A DNA stretch of 61,881 nt, counting the filler, from Asterionella formosa (lineage: Eukaryota): assembly GCA_002256025.1 (NCBI GenBank). It is 5 parts of 5 records of this genome, joined end to end, with 100 filler letters (N's around TTAATTAATTAA, not from the genome) between each part and the next. Parts side by side here need not be neighbours in the genome. Positions count along the whole stretch, not along the records: positions 37,232 to 49,509 come from NKIB01007664.1; positions 49,610 to 61,881 come from NKIB01007675.1; 3 more parts are not named here. One strand, given 5' to 3'. Below, in pieces: positions 38,350 to 50,199 of the stretch. The position numbers and the translations under genes were made by a program. A model generated the notes under the pieces. That model was not told where the DNA came from and made no database searches. It saw only the letters and a list, made by a program, of their open reading frames with translations. Position 1 is the first letter of the stretch. Every line of letters starts with the position of its first letter.

Positions 38350-40980
38350 TGTGAAAGAAAATCTCAACTATGCCTGTAAAACACAACCCATTGACTGCTG
38401 ACTCCATGGATACAGCTCCTTTGTATGAGTACCTGTTATTTCACGCTCACACACCGCAAGTAGGCGAAAAATGGATGACTTGTACGGAAAATGCACTGAA
38501 TTGGCTGTGGGTCCACCTTTCGAAGTGGTCGGACACCGTTGTAAGAATTCCGATGCCAGCTTGTCAGCTTTAATATTCAAAGCCGCCGCCATTGATAACC
38601 TTGTCGGACCCCCAGAGAGATCTTGATGCGATCTTACCCATCTTCTATTTACCCTGCAGCTCAGCCAAGGGCGAGAAATGCCACAATTTCCGAGTTTGCC
38701 GGAGGCCTCCCTGGGTAGATTGTTTAAGAGAGGTAATCCAATATTGCCAATGCTGCTGCACTGTCACTCCCAATGGTCAGTTTTGACTCTATCCATCTTA
38801 TAGAATGTTGTAAATTCTTGAAGAAACTGGAGGGCGGATGCTAGTCCAAATATATCAGCCCTTGTTGAGCTATTCAGTTGAGAAGCGCCCTCCACTGGTC
38901 CTGAGCCCATTGCTATGAGGGGTGCTATCCTGGTTTTGTCGCCCCTGGACTGGAGGCACAACCCAAAAGAACATCTAGAATCTGACTCCATTGATCCATC
39001 AGTTGCTAGGTTCTTGCAAGGGAGACCCAGTTGTAGATGTCTATGGAGTCTCTTTTTTGCCATGGAAGTCATTGCAAGATTTCCCGCAATCCTGGATTCG
39101 ATATCCGACAGTTTGGCCATGTGTTGTTTGAATGTGTGTGCTACTACGTCATTGGCCCTACCACTTGGGGATACTGGTCTGAATTTTATGCGGCCCGATT
39201 GCTCTACATCACAAGGAACACTGTCACTAGGAGGTGCCCCTGTTGATGCCCTTCCCTCCTCTGCTATATTGAATTTCAGTATATATGGCCAAAGGAATAT
39301 ATTCTGAAATGTGTTCCAGTGTTGCTGGAGTGTGTTGTAGCACCATAGAGTCTTTGTGGCTTGATGTAATTTATTTAGCCACTCCATTGTTGGTGGTGAG
39401 TGTCATGCCCGTAACTGTACCTTTAGAACCCTTTTCCTTTTTGACCAGCTGTCGGCAAATGTTTAGTGAGGCATGCTTTCCAATCTTGTTTTTGTTGAAT
39501 CGTAGGTTCCGGTTGGTTTGGCCATCTTACGGTAGATCTTCTTGCGGGTATTTGCATGCACTCCAACGTATTTAGATGAATCTTTTTGCAATGTCCGCTA
39601 TGGACGACACTTGCAGGAACATCCGGCAAGCATTCAGATGCCTTCTTAGTTTGTAGGTGCTAACGCCACAGTCCATGAAATACTCCAGTAACATGACATC
39701 TTTTGCGCATTGCGGCTTCATTGACCATTCATTGATCGTTTCTATTTTAAGATCATGGGTTGCCATAAATTCACGCATGTACATCAGCCATGTGTTTGTA
39801 AGTTACTGCAGTTTAATATCCGGCCGCTGGAGCAAGGGTTCCGCCCTCCCTGCCTCCAACTGGGAGAACCTACTAAGTGACATGTCCATCAGTTTTAACA
39901 CCCCATCGGCCGCATATTTGTGATATAGTAGAATACTTTCCACTGCCCTTGCGCCTAGTTCAATTTTCAAATCTACCATATCCAGAGCTCCCACCCATAT
40001 CGGGGGTAGTGGTTGTGTTACAAAAATCGGTATGGCCACCAGGTGTGTAGAGAATGTGATATGGACTGGCAGACAATGTTATTAGACCAGTTGATATTTG
40101 TTTCCAGAAAACCAGCGCCAACTATTGTTGGATGCAGAAGGAAGAGTTGATTTAGTCAGTATGTGAAATGTTTCAAGGGATTGCGATAGAATTTATTGCA
40201 GTATTGGAAGATTAATCTAATATGATCGGAGGAGAGGGGAGTGATGAGATCCCCCCAGAATTGTTGTGGATGAATGCAGCGATGGAGGGGAGCAGCTGGG
40301 TTGGTACAAGGGGGATAGTGAGAAACGATAGAGGAGAGCCATGTTGTACTCTTGCGCGGCTCCCTCCAACTTTGAGAAGAGTCGGAGTTGCCCGGCAAAC
40401 TAATTCAGACCATCGTCTCCCCCTATGGTCATTGGAGTGGGAGGAGGCAACGCTGAAGGGGAGGTGGGAGGGGTGGAGTGAACAATATGTTGAAGATTGC
40501 TGAGTTGCGTCTGAATTGCAGTTGATATTGCTGAACTAAAAGTCCGCAGAGGAAAGTGTGGTAGCCACCTGCGATGCAATGAGCTGGGAGAGTTGAGGTA
40601 GAAGATCATTGGTGAGAGCTGAGTTTAGATTTGTAGTTACTTTGACTAAAATACTCTCCTCTGTAGGTAAGGTGGCTCTTATGATATCTAGAGCTAAGGA
40701 CGCAAGTTTGGAGTCCATAATGGCTGAAAGATCATGAGGCAGAGAAGAGGTAAACGTGGAGAGGGGAACTAATGTGGTGGATTCCAGACGAGAGGAGAGG
40801 GTCGTGTCAACCTGGGATTGGAGTAGAGCAAGATTGGAGGTGAATTCATTCAGTTATTGAGACGAGGGAAGGGTGGATGGAGTGGTAGACAGGGTGGTGC
40901 CAGAAACCAAGGAGAGGGGGGGGGGGGATGTTCCCATTCCAAATAGCAAAAATTTTCCAAACACATAACCCAGGCCGCCA
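38350..40980 (-). mobile_element. Non-LTR retrotransposon remnant with RNase H (internally deleted)
   Basis: LNACRMFLQVSSIADIA; ATDGS...SFG...GSGPVEG...SSTRADIFG; LNIKADKLA. Upstream S/P/T-rich ORF1-like fragments. RT core not seen. Confidence 0.75.
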
Positions 40981-42699
40981 GCNNNNNNNNNNGGGGGGGG
41001 GACCAACTATGTCCTCATAGGTACCGGCATTAAGAAACTGTTTGGAATATTAGTATCTTCCCAAAGATACATACTTTTCAGGGTACTGTTTAATACAAAT
41101 TTTCCACAGATACTCAGGAAAGTGCAGGCCTCTGGTGTGCTGCCATGAATTTAATCAGCAACAGGTGTGCCAGACAGAAGACGCTTTCCTTGCTTACTTA
41201 ACTTGGGCTTGTATGATCTAACTGGAACCAGTAAATATTGATCATCAGTCTTGATTCCTGTTCGGAAAAAACAGATTGGAGCAATTAGTTGGAAGAAAGC
41301 TCAGTAGTGTTCGGATGAACAATCAAAGGTGTCCAGATGAGCAAACTGGTATAGAGAAGTAGCCCAAACAATAAAATCGGATTTACTGTTTTTCGTAAAG
41401 TTGGTTTTGGTTAAACCAACTGAGATAGAGAATAAGCTCACAGATAAAATCAATAACAACACATGCATTGAAAATAGTAAACTTACTCAAAGCCACACGA
41501 ATGAAATGATTCAATGTCAAAAGCATATGAAGTATACCTTCAGCTCCTTGTTACTACTAGTTCTTGAAGATAGAAAATCAGTTCCTCTTTTATAAACTTC
41601 TTCACTACCATTCCGAATGTAATCCGCCAATTTGGTATCTTCCTTAATGGCAAGAGCGATTTCAGGATAGAGTTCTCATCAAGAATGTGAGGCATAGTCT
41701 TGCAAACCAATGACGGCATGGACTTCTTGATATTCCAAATATTTCTTGGTTCACATGTTTGAGCAGGATGTTTGTAAGACTGTAAGGATCATGAAAGTAA
41801 TCATGGTTATTAACGGTATCAAAAGCAAGGATATTCAAGGAGAATTAATGTGCATAGGAATCTTACCTGGGTGTGAAAATAAGGAAAATAATGCAACTGT
41901 TCAATCAATGTCATAGGACTTAGATGGAATTATGAGATAAAATTTCGATTGTCATCTGTTGCAAGCTGTAACTCAATAATATTTGTCTTCGGATTGTCGG
42001 TGACTGGTGCATCCTCATTTCTTCATTGAATGGGTGGATAGAAAGGCGGCATCTTCTGGTTTCCATGAGTCGACAGTAATGAAATAAAATCTTTGTCAGA
42101 ATCTGGATCTTGATGATGAGGTTGTTCCTTTTCTGCAGATGATGCATTATTAGCATAGTGTATATAAGAATGACTTGCATAGTCAGACAGTTTTGTTAAC
42201 AGTGTAACCAACCGTATTTTGTCTTTGACATTGCTAGGAAGCCTTTTTTCAGAGAATTTTCATCATGATCGCTGTTTAGTAACTTCTTTTGAGATATGTT
42301 CTCCTCACCAACACTTTTGCCAGTTCGTTTTGTTCCCTTGTTTGGCATGATGGTAACGAAGTAGGATTATAATAAATGTAGATGTCTTGAAATCAAAGCT
42401 AGAAACTATATCTACCGGTACTATATTACTTCCAGTTCTGGTGCGCCAACAATAAGAGATACCCGATATTAGGTGAGTTAGTTCATGAAGAATTCTTTTC
42501 GGATCATTCATTTACATTTCTTACTTCCAAGATGTAATGCAAGTACATAACGATATAGATACGCACGTTATGTGTTGATCAATGTCAAACTGATATCGTG
42601 TTGATATTGATCATTCATTCTAATATATCTTGAATACCGGTGATGTACTACTGTACTGTCTATATCATATAAGTACCAGCACTGGGACGAAGGAATTAG

Positions 42700-43006
42700 C
42701 AAAAAAACTTCTGGCGAGAAACTGCAGAAAGGAACTTGCCAAATAAAGTGAATTCCCCAAAAATTTCTAGTCTTGATAGCATAGTAAAAAGCGAAGTTCT
42801 ATTCTGCTGTTTCTTGCCAGATCCTATATCCTGAAGATATATAGCGTTGACCTATACCCCTACTTTGGTCAATTACTGTGTCTAAGCATATAGAATGGGT
42901 GTGCTTTGGTGAAAGCTCCGTTTAGCGATATACATTTATGGTTTACTTGTAGTAAGAAGTGTGTGTTTGTGTACTCTGACTCAATTTAAGTTCAAAAGCA
43001 GGAACC
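42700..43006 (+). mobile_element. Right end of an upstream Kolobok copy
   Basis: Homologous to 47330-47662 and ends TTCAAAAGCAGGAACC followed by TTAA. Confidence 0.8.
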
Positions 43007-43320
43007 TTAAGGTTCCTGCATTTGAACCCCTAGGCAAAAATGAAAATATTGCTTAGGGTTGTCTGATGTCATCCCATTCGAAATATTTAAATGAGTGGAA
43101 ATTTGCGCACATACATAGATTCCTTTTCTAATTCGCTAAATATATGTATAAAAATTCTCCATCGCTCAATTTATATACACCCTATAATATGATCAACATT
43201 TATGCGTCAGAGCATCAAGCTGGCAGCTTGGCGAATATCGTTGATGACTATACTGGTAAGAAAAAAACCATAACAATTAACCATGACAGAAATTTCACAT
43301 CACCTTGACGACAAGGGGGG

Positions 43321-43700
43321 ATGATCCAATTCAACTACAGTCGTGATACATGTCCAATGTGTCAAGACCGGTCGATTGTAGAGTGGGATTTGGAGGGATG
43401 TAACCATCTCATCTTTTGCGAATGCTGTGACTTTTGTTGCACTGAATGTCAGTGCCGATGGGATAAAGTCGAAGAGTTGATGGAAAACTTTTTTGAAGAT
43501 GATTTCATTCTCACAAGAATGAAGGATGAAGACATAATGGCGTCAAGAGCCCACAATTTTCTCTATAAGCTTCTAATCAGAGTATACTGTGGACCATTGG
43601 GAAAAGGTGTTCGGATGGAACTTCCTAACTGTTGTTTGAAGGGGGTTTGATCACTATTGAAAAACAAGGACCCAAAAGAAGAGTACACTGGCTTCAAAGC
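43321..43700 (+). pseudogene. KolX-like protein (P2X7 ballast-domain-like)
   Basis: Cys-rich N-terminus, then LYK....YCGPLGKGVRMELPNCCLKGV*SL...EEYTGFK, matching the G.LG.G.R..LP.C...R......YTGF pattern. TGA at 43648. Confidence 0.75.
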
Positions 43701-44999
43701 TGTTTCCAAACATTCTAAATATCAAAAGAAGCAAGAGTACACTGGCTTCAGACCTGTTTCCAAATGTTCTAAATATATTAGTGATGAGTATATTTTACTT
43801 TTTTCATTCATTTCAATAGAATTTTATACTTCGATGCCTTCGATACACCTAGTACATATGTTGTTTCAAACTCATAATCTACAAGTGAGGTGGCATGTAT
43901 TCTTGATTTCTGTATTATTTTGTTAATGTTGTGCTATAATTTATAAGTTTAATACATCAGTAATAACAACAAACAACATAGACAATAACAGCAACATGCC
44001 GCGCTCCAGTGGTGGCTGTCTTTTAGCAGAAAATAGGAGTTGGTGGTCAAGGGACGTCGGAATATACACTAGTCAATGACGAAAATCAGAATTGGTGGAG
44101 TCCTACAACCAACCAACCGCCTCCTGTAACAATCACATCTACCACATCTATTATTTAACCACCTTTTCAACAGGGCAGGAATCAAGTTATCGATTATCCT
44201 TAATAGTCGAAATTTCTGCAAGAAAATGTGTTTTGCAAAACATGTGTTAGTGCATTTGTTGATGACTATAGTAAACAAACTGTTTGTGACTTTGTAACTT
44301 CTTACCTACGAAAAAATTGTGCTTACCACATTGCTTACCACATTACAATGGAAGAGAAAATGTGAATCCTTTTTGGAATACTAGGTCTTTTTAGAAACTC
44401 AAGCAAAGGAACCATTGATTGTTGTGTCATCGGAGACCTACGGATTGGCAAGTGCTGACAAAATAACATGTTTGACCTGCCAGAACCAGGATTCTAAACT
44501 TGAATTGGCTAGAAGCAAAAAACGATGACGATCACGATGATCATGGTGAGATAAAGAAAATAGAAGCGAAACACTTTGCAATCAACCAGCAATGCCCGCT
44601 CCAGCTATCGTCATGCCATTCGGGTACTTATAAGTAATTTTTAGGCTCTAAGTAATTTCTTAAGTAAGTTTATTTAGGGGCAATATGGGGCAATATGGGG
44701 CACATCGAATTATTCGGCATCAAAATTGCCGATTTTTAGCATGACAACCAGAATAACGGAAATATGCATGGAGATGGTACAACAAGCGTAAAACATACAA
44801 GAATGATTGTAACAACATGCAACATCAATGAAAGTTGAACATGATGTTCTTTGGAGCAACCAAAGTATGAAATGCGATGTAATATGTTGCATCAAATAAG
44901 AAATAGAAAAAATTGTTTTGGGTTAGAAATGAAGTAAAAAATAGGAATTTCAATGGAGACGCAGGCATTGTGAATCATTGTAGTACTTACACAGGCAAC

Positions 45000-47000
45000 A
45001 TTGCTTGACTTTCCATCACCACACAATCGAAGACCGAAAGAAGAAGAAAAACGCTGAACGCAATTTACACCTGCATTGTTATGTAGCGTAAATGGTCTGG
45101 TTGCTGCAACCATGCACATCGCTGTAGTAGCATTACACCAGTAGTAGTATTTCCGCCACAGTCATTCCTCCAGCCACAAAACAAGCAAACCTGATCATTC
45201 CATTCTGAGCAAGCGTGATTGCCACGCTGCACCAGCACTATTGACTCTCGCTAGCTGAGTATTTATGTAGCTTGTGATACGAACTCTTAGTAGAAATGTA
45301 GCAAAGCGCATTAGTACAAGAAAAGCATTGCTTGGCGGCAATATTGACATCATGGTAAACGACTATACACATCAACAAATACGATCAACGACAATATGTT
45401 GTCAAAGAGTAGTCATCGATAAATGCATTGGCTCTTATGTAGATAGATACAATCAAAACAAAACGACAGTGTGGAACGACAAACGACAATGGAAGCGATC
45501 AAAACGGACCATGGAAGCAATCAAGTCGGAACTTCAACAATTTTGTATCTATGATCACATTCAGTGTTTCACTGTTGTACTCACCGATCCGCTCTAACAA
45601 GCGTAGCACACAGCAGACGATGGGCTCATAAGAAAGTCGAAATTTCCTGTTGCAAGCCCGAATTGAGCAACGGAAGGCAGGATAGAGTGAGAATTATAAT
45701 TGTGAGGACGAAATCGGGTATTAGTACGTCCCAAGGTAATTTCACTGCTGTAGATGATGCCGTTGGTGCGGCGGAAGTGGCGACCGCAGCTCTTGCTATG
45801 GAAGAGGCTTTTCGGGAAGATATATTTCAAACACTTAATGTGCATGAACGAGGCGATTTGGCTGACAAAGGACGAGATTTCGAGTAGTGGAACACTCTAT
45901 CTGGTACAGAAAGCTTTTCAGTACTCAATATGCTGTGACTCACCGTTAGTTACGATATGGGCTGGCAGCAGCGATCCAGTGGGAATAAGTACAATTCCGT
46001 AGTAAGTGGACATGCATTATGTATTGGTGGCTACACAAGAAAGATACTAGACTATCGAATAAAATCAAAGGTCTGTAATGTGTGTGACAGGGGGGGGGCT
46101 ATATGGTACAAGAAACCTATCAAGCATGATCATGTTTGCTCCAAGAATCACAAAACTGGAAGCTCGAAGGCAATGAAACCAGGTGTGGGTGTGGAAATGG
46201 TAAATAATGCCATTATGAAATAAAATGTTATCTACTCTACAATCATCTGTGATGATGATTCTATAATTCGAGCTGTCTCCAAATGTTCCTATAAGGAATT
46301 ACTAGCTCTACATCCTGCATTTGAATGGCCAAGAACACTAAAAGGAAAAAAACCGAAAAAGGATGCATTCCACTAAATGTTCCAGAACCGCGGTTTCTTT
46401 CCGATCCATTGCACAGGTTTTGTGTCCTTCTTCACCCTGCCTTCCTTAAATCCAATGGCCCAGTATCTTAAGAGCGACCTTCCAAAGTAGATTGTCTCCG
46501 ACTGAAGATATATTATGGAGCCTGGCTATTGTTCTAAGACATGGTTTCATGTGAGCAATGGAAAGTATTGCAGCATGAAAAAAGAAAGTGCATTGTAAAA
46601 TTGGTTAATTTTAAATGTTGCAACAAAAGTCGAAGGCGAAAAGCTACTATCATTGTATCATCCCTTTGATACACAGATAAACGAAGCAATGGTCAGTGTG
46701 GTTTCAAGACGATGTCCAAAAAACTAAGTGTTTGCAGGATCTGGTGGCCTAGTACAATATAGAGTGGCTTTGGTTGCTGGACAACAAACGCAAGGAGTCA
46801 CAATGTCCATGAACAATGTCTACAAACAATGTGGAATGGAAATGTCACAACTCCAAGAATACTTCTGGCGACAAAAGGAAAAGCTACAGAACAACAATGC
46901 AGTCTACAAAGCGCAATTTAAACGGAAAAGAAAAGGAAATGTTAGTGGATACAGTACCAGCAAACACCCCCAAAAAATAGATGTGCATCAAGTGTGGCCA
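45000..47000 (+). pseudogene. Kolobok (Mutator-like Pfam type) DDE transposase
   Basis: TVSYDMGWQQRSSGNKYNS..GHALCIG..TRKILDY..KSKVCNVC; HVCSKNH..GSSKAM; IICDDDS; FLSDPLHR; HPFDTQINEAM. Confidence 0.85.
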
Positions 47001-49312
47001 GCATAGGTTTGCAACGCCCTGCAGATCAGGCCAATCAAATGGAGGTAAGTAATTCACATTGACCAATCGTGTTATATACCTGGAAGTGGGCACCTACAAT
47101 GGAATTTTTTGGACAGGAGATTTTAGGATTAAAAATTCCGACACAAGACTACTATTGCAATGATGATGTTTTGGCTAGTAATTTTGATTCTGATTCTGAT
47201 ATTTTGGTGACCTTAGAGAAAAGGCCGATTTCGTCGAATTTTTGGACAACAATAGCTCAACATTGGCTGGGCCTGAAGACAAGTTAGATACATGGGTAAC
47301 TTTTAAATAGCATCAGTATATATCTTCCAGCAAGAAACTGCAGAAAGGAACTTCGGCTTATTGCTATACCAACTAAACAGATTTCCCCCGAATTTTCTAG
47401 TCTTTTTAGCATAGTAAAAGAACTGAAGTTCCTTTCTGCAATTTCTCAACAGATCCTATATCCTGACAATATATAGAGTGGACCTACACCCCTACTTTGT
47501 CCGAAGACCTTATGTAAGCATATGGAAAGGCTGTCTAATGGTGAAAGCTCCGTTGAGCATTATACAAATTTATATTAGATTATAAAAGTACATGTTTGAT
47601 TAGTCTGACTCAATATTATTTTTTAAACCCTACCTCGAGCTAGGGTTTCAAATGCAGGAACCTTAAGGTTGCTCACTTATTTTGTATTAAAATTTACGGA
47701 CAAATAGGTAGTACCTATTCGCTATATTCGGACTTTCCCGGAACTCCCAGAGTGTATGCTTTGTGTTACGTACGGCACCATCACAGGTGTAAAAATGCTA
47801 TGTGGAGAAGTTATGATTGGGTGAACCCCCAATGTGGAGAGACTTGTGATGCGGAGGGTCCAAATGGAATTATTATAAATGCGTGAAGATATTATGAGGT
47901 TTTTACGGTATGCATGCAGAATATAAATTATTGCGTTGCGTTGCGTTGCGTCACGATGTCCATTTCAACAAAATGACTGCAACGAGCTTGGAACCCTGGG
48001 AGGACCAGCAAGATTTAGCTCTCTTTATCCAAGATTAAAATGTTAGTTAAGCAAAATGACCACAACGTGCAGGTACCCCACCCCGTATCAGGAAACCATC
48101 AGGTATCCAAAAAGAAAATTTGAAAAGCCTAAAGATTCATGGATGAATCTCGGATAGAAATTAATGGTCGAATTATGATTGAAGATTCATTGCGGCTCGA
48201 CCAAGATCCACTCAGGCCTTGCAGTCGAAAAGTTTCGATTTACTATGTAAAAAACGTTTTACATATATTTGTATACAAAGATATCAATATTTAATGATTA
48301 TTAAGCGACGAACGTTTGTTTATCATTTGAAATATTTCGCATAAACGATTTATGATATTCATAAAAATACACGCTATTCTTTGCTTGGTATTTTGCACTA
48401 ACAAAATGTATCCAAATATCCGTATTTATGCATTTTGTCCTCTACGGAATACATAAATAAGTTACCAGTACCATGTACTCGATGGTACAGGGCCAATGAA
48501 ATTTGGCGAGAAATGCATATCATATACATACATACTTCGAGTATAAAGTACCTGGTACCAAGTACCATGTACAATAAATTAAGTGCTGGTACCTGTAGCA
48601 AACAATTTGACAAAGGAATGTCAAATCAGATGCGGTGTTGTCGGCTCTCATCTATGTGTATCATTTAGAGGGTGCGTGATACTCCCAACTAGATGCCTGT
48701 ACTCCTTCTACTACATGTATGTAAGTAAATGAGTAAAAGCTTTTTGTCTTTTCTTGACTAAAAATGCTGTTCAAACGTGCGTCTCAACCAAGTACTGGTA
48801 CCACTTAAAAACTGTAAGCCACCGCTACGGCCACTTTTGAACTGTAAGCCACCGCTAAACGGAGTAAACGCACGGTTTGAACTTATTTTACAAGATACGC
48901 TATTTATTGTCACGAACGAGTTGTTCAGATTTATATAGCGAGTAAATACTTCCGTACTTGTATTGTTGCATTGTGTACATTGTTAATTAGGTATTATCGC
49001 CCAAAGGTTGCTGTCGACGTGAAATTGCGAAAATTGGATATTTTCACGTTTACTCGATTGAGCAAGCATCACCTTTTATATACGTATTCAGCTATGAGAA
49101 TATTCCTCCGCTAGAAAACTAATTTAGTATCCTCTAAAATTTATTTAATATGGCTACGACGTCATTGCGCTTTCGCTCGTGCGCCATAATAAAGAGATAA
49201 ATTCACTAATGGAAAACGTCAAATAGGAATTCCTGGCGCGCCCGAATTATGAGTACAAAAATTAAATGCAAACACACAACAGTCACCCATCACCCATCAC
49301 AATACCAACATC

Positions 49313-49509
49313 ATGACCTCGAAAGCGCCTCGACAAGGCAATGTCTTGCCTCGAAAGAAATTGTCTCCTGAAGAGTTGGTCAGTGTTCAGATTTGTCTTA
49401 ACAATGTGATTAGGGAGCTAGAAGCTAAGAAGGCTAACAATGGTGGAAAAATGCCTTATGGTGCTATTTCTAGGACAGTATCAGCTAAGCAATGCATTTT
49501 CCCTTGGAT
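49313..49509 (+). CDS. N-terminal fragment, possibly a transposon ORF, cut by scaffold end
   Basis: NGGKMPYGAIS...FPW resembles N-termini of diatom transposon ORFs. Direct repeat ACTGTAAGCCACCGCTA upstream at 48811 and 48841. Confidence 0.35.
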
Positions 49510-50199
49510 NNNNNNNNNNNNNNNNNNNNNNNNNNNNNNNNNNNNNNNNNNNNTTAATTAATTAANNNNNNNNNNNNNNNNNNNNNNNNNNNNNNNNNNN
49601 NNNNNNNNNGGATGAGAATAATAAATGGATCGTTGTTGCTGTTGCTGTTGTTGTTGTTTATTGATGTTGTTCATGGTCCTTCTTGTTGCTTGGTTGTTGT
49701 TATATCTTGAATTCGGAGTTTACTGTATCGTAATAATTGAGTAGAACGACGATGTGGCTGGAAATCAGTAATGGTATCAAATCCTCAGGATTCCCTTGTT
49801 CTCAATTTGCTTCGTCCCATCACCAGGTCCATGATGGGTTTATTTTACGGGCAGTACGGTATTTCCGGTAGCAATACGGAAGTACCAGTACATCTCATAC
49901 AGGTACCAGGGTACTACTACCAGTAAAAAACTCCGTTGACCCACTGTTTTATCCAATTCGTTTGATTAATTCGACTAACACTTATCTCTCATAACGATAA
50001 ATATGTACGCAAGTGTTACCAAGACATCATAGAAAATAAATCAAGCAATCATAAAGTATGTTAATTAATATATATGTTTGTCGTTTAATGTATACAGTTA
50101 AAGTTAACAGTTATTATGATAGTATTATACAGTGGATAGGATCTAAGTATACGGATGTGTTGATATGTACATCACTATAATATGATTTGTGACATGGAT

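Larger units (their letters stand above)
43011..47662 (+). mobile_element. Kolobok-type DNA transposon, 4.65 kb
   Basis: TTAA|GGTTCCTGCATTTGAACCCCTAG ... CTAGGGTTTCAAATGCAGGAACC|TTAA: 23-bp TIR with one mismatch, GG..CC termini, TTAA duplication. Confidence 0.85.
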
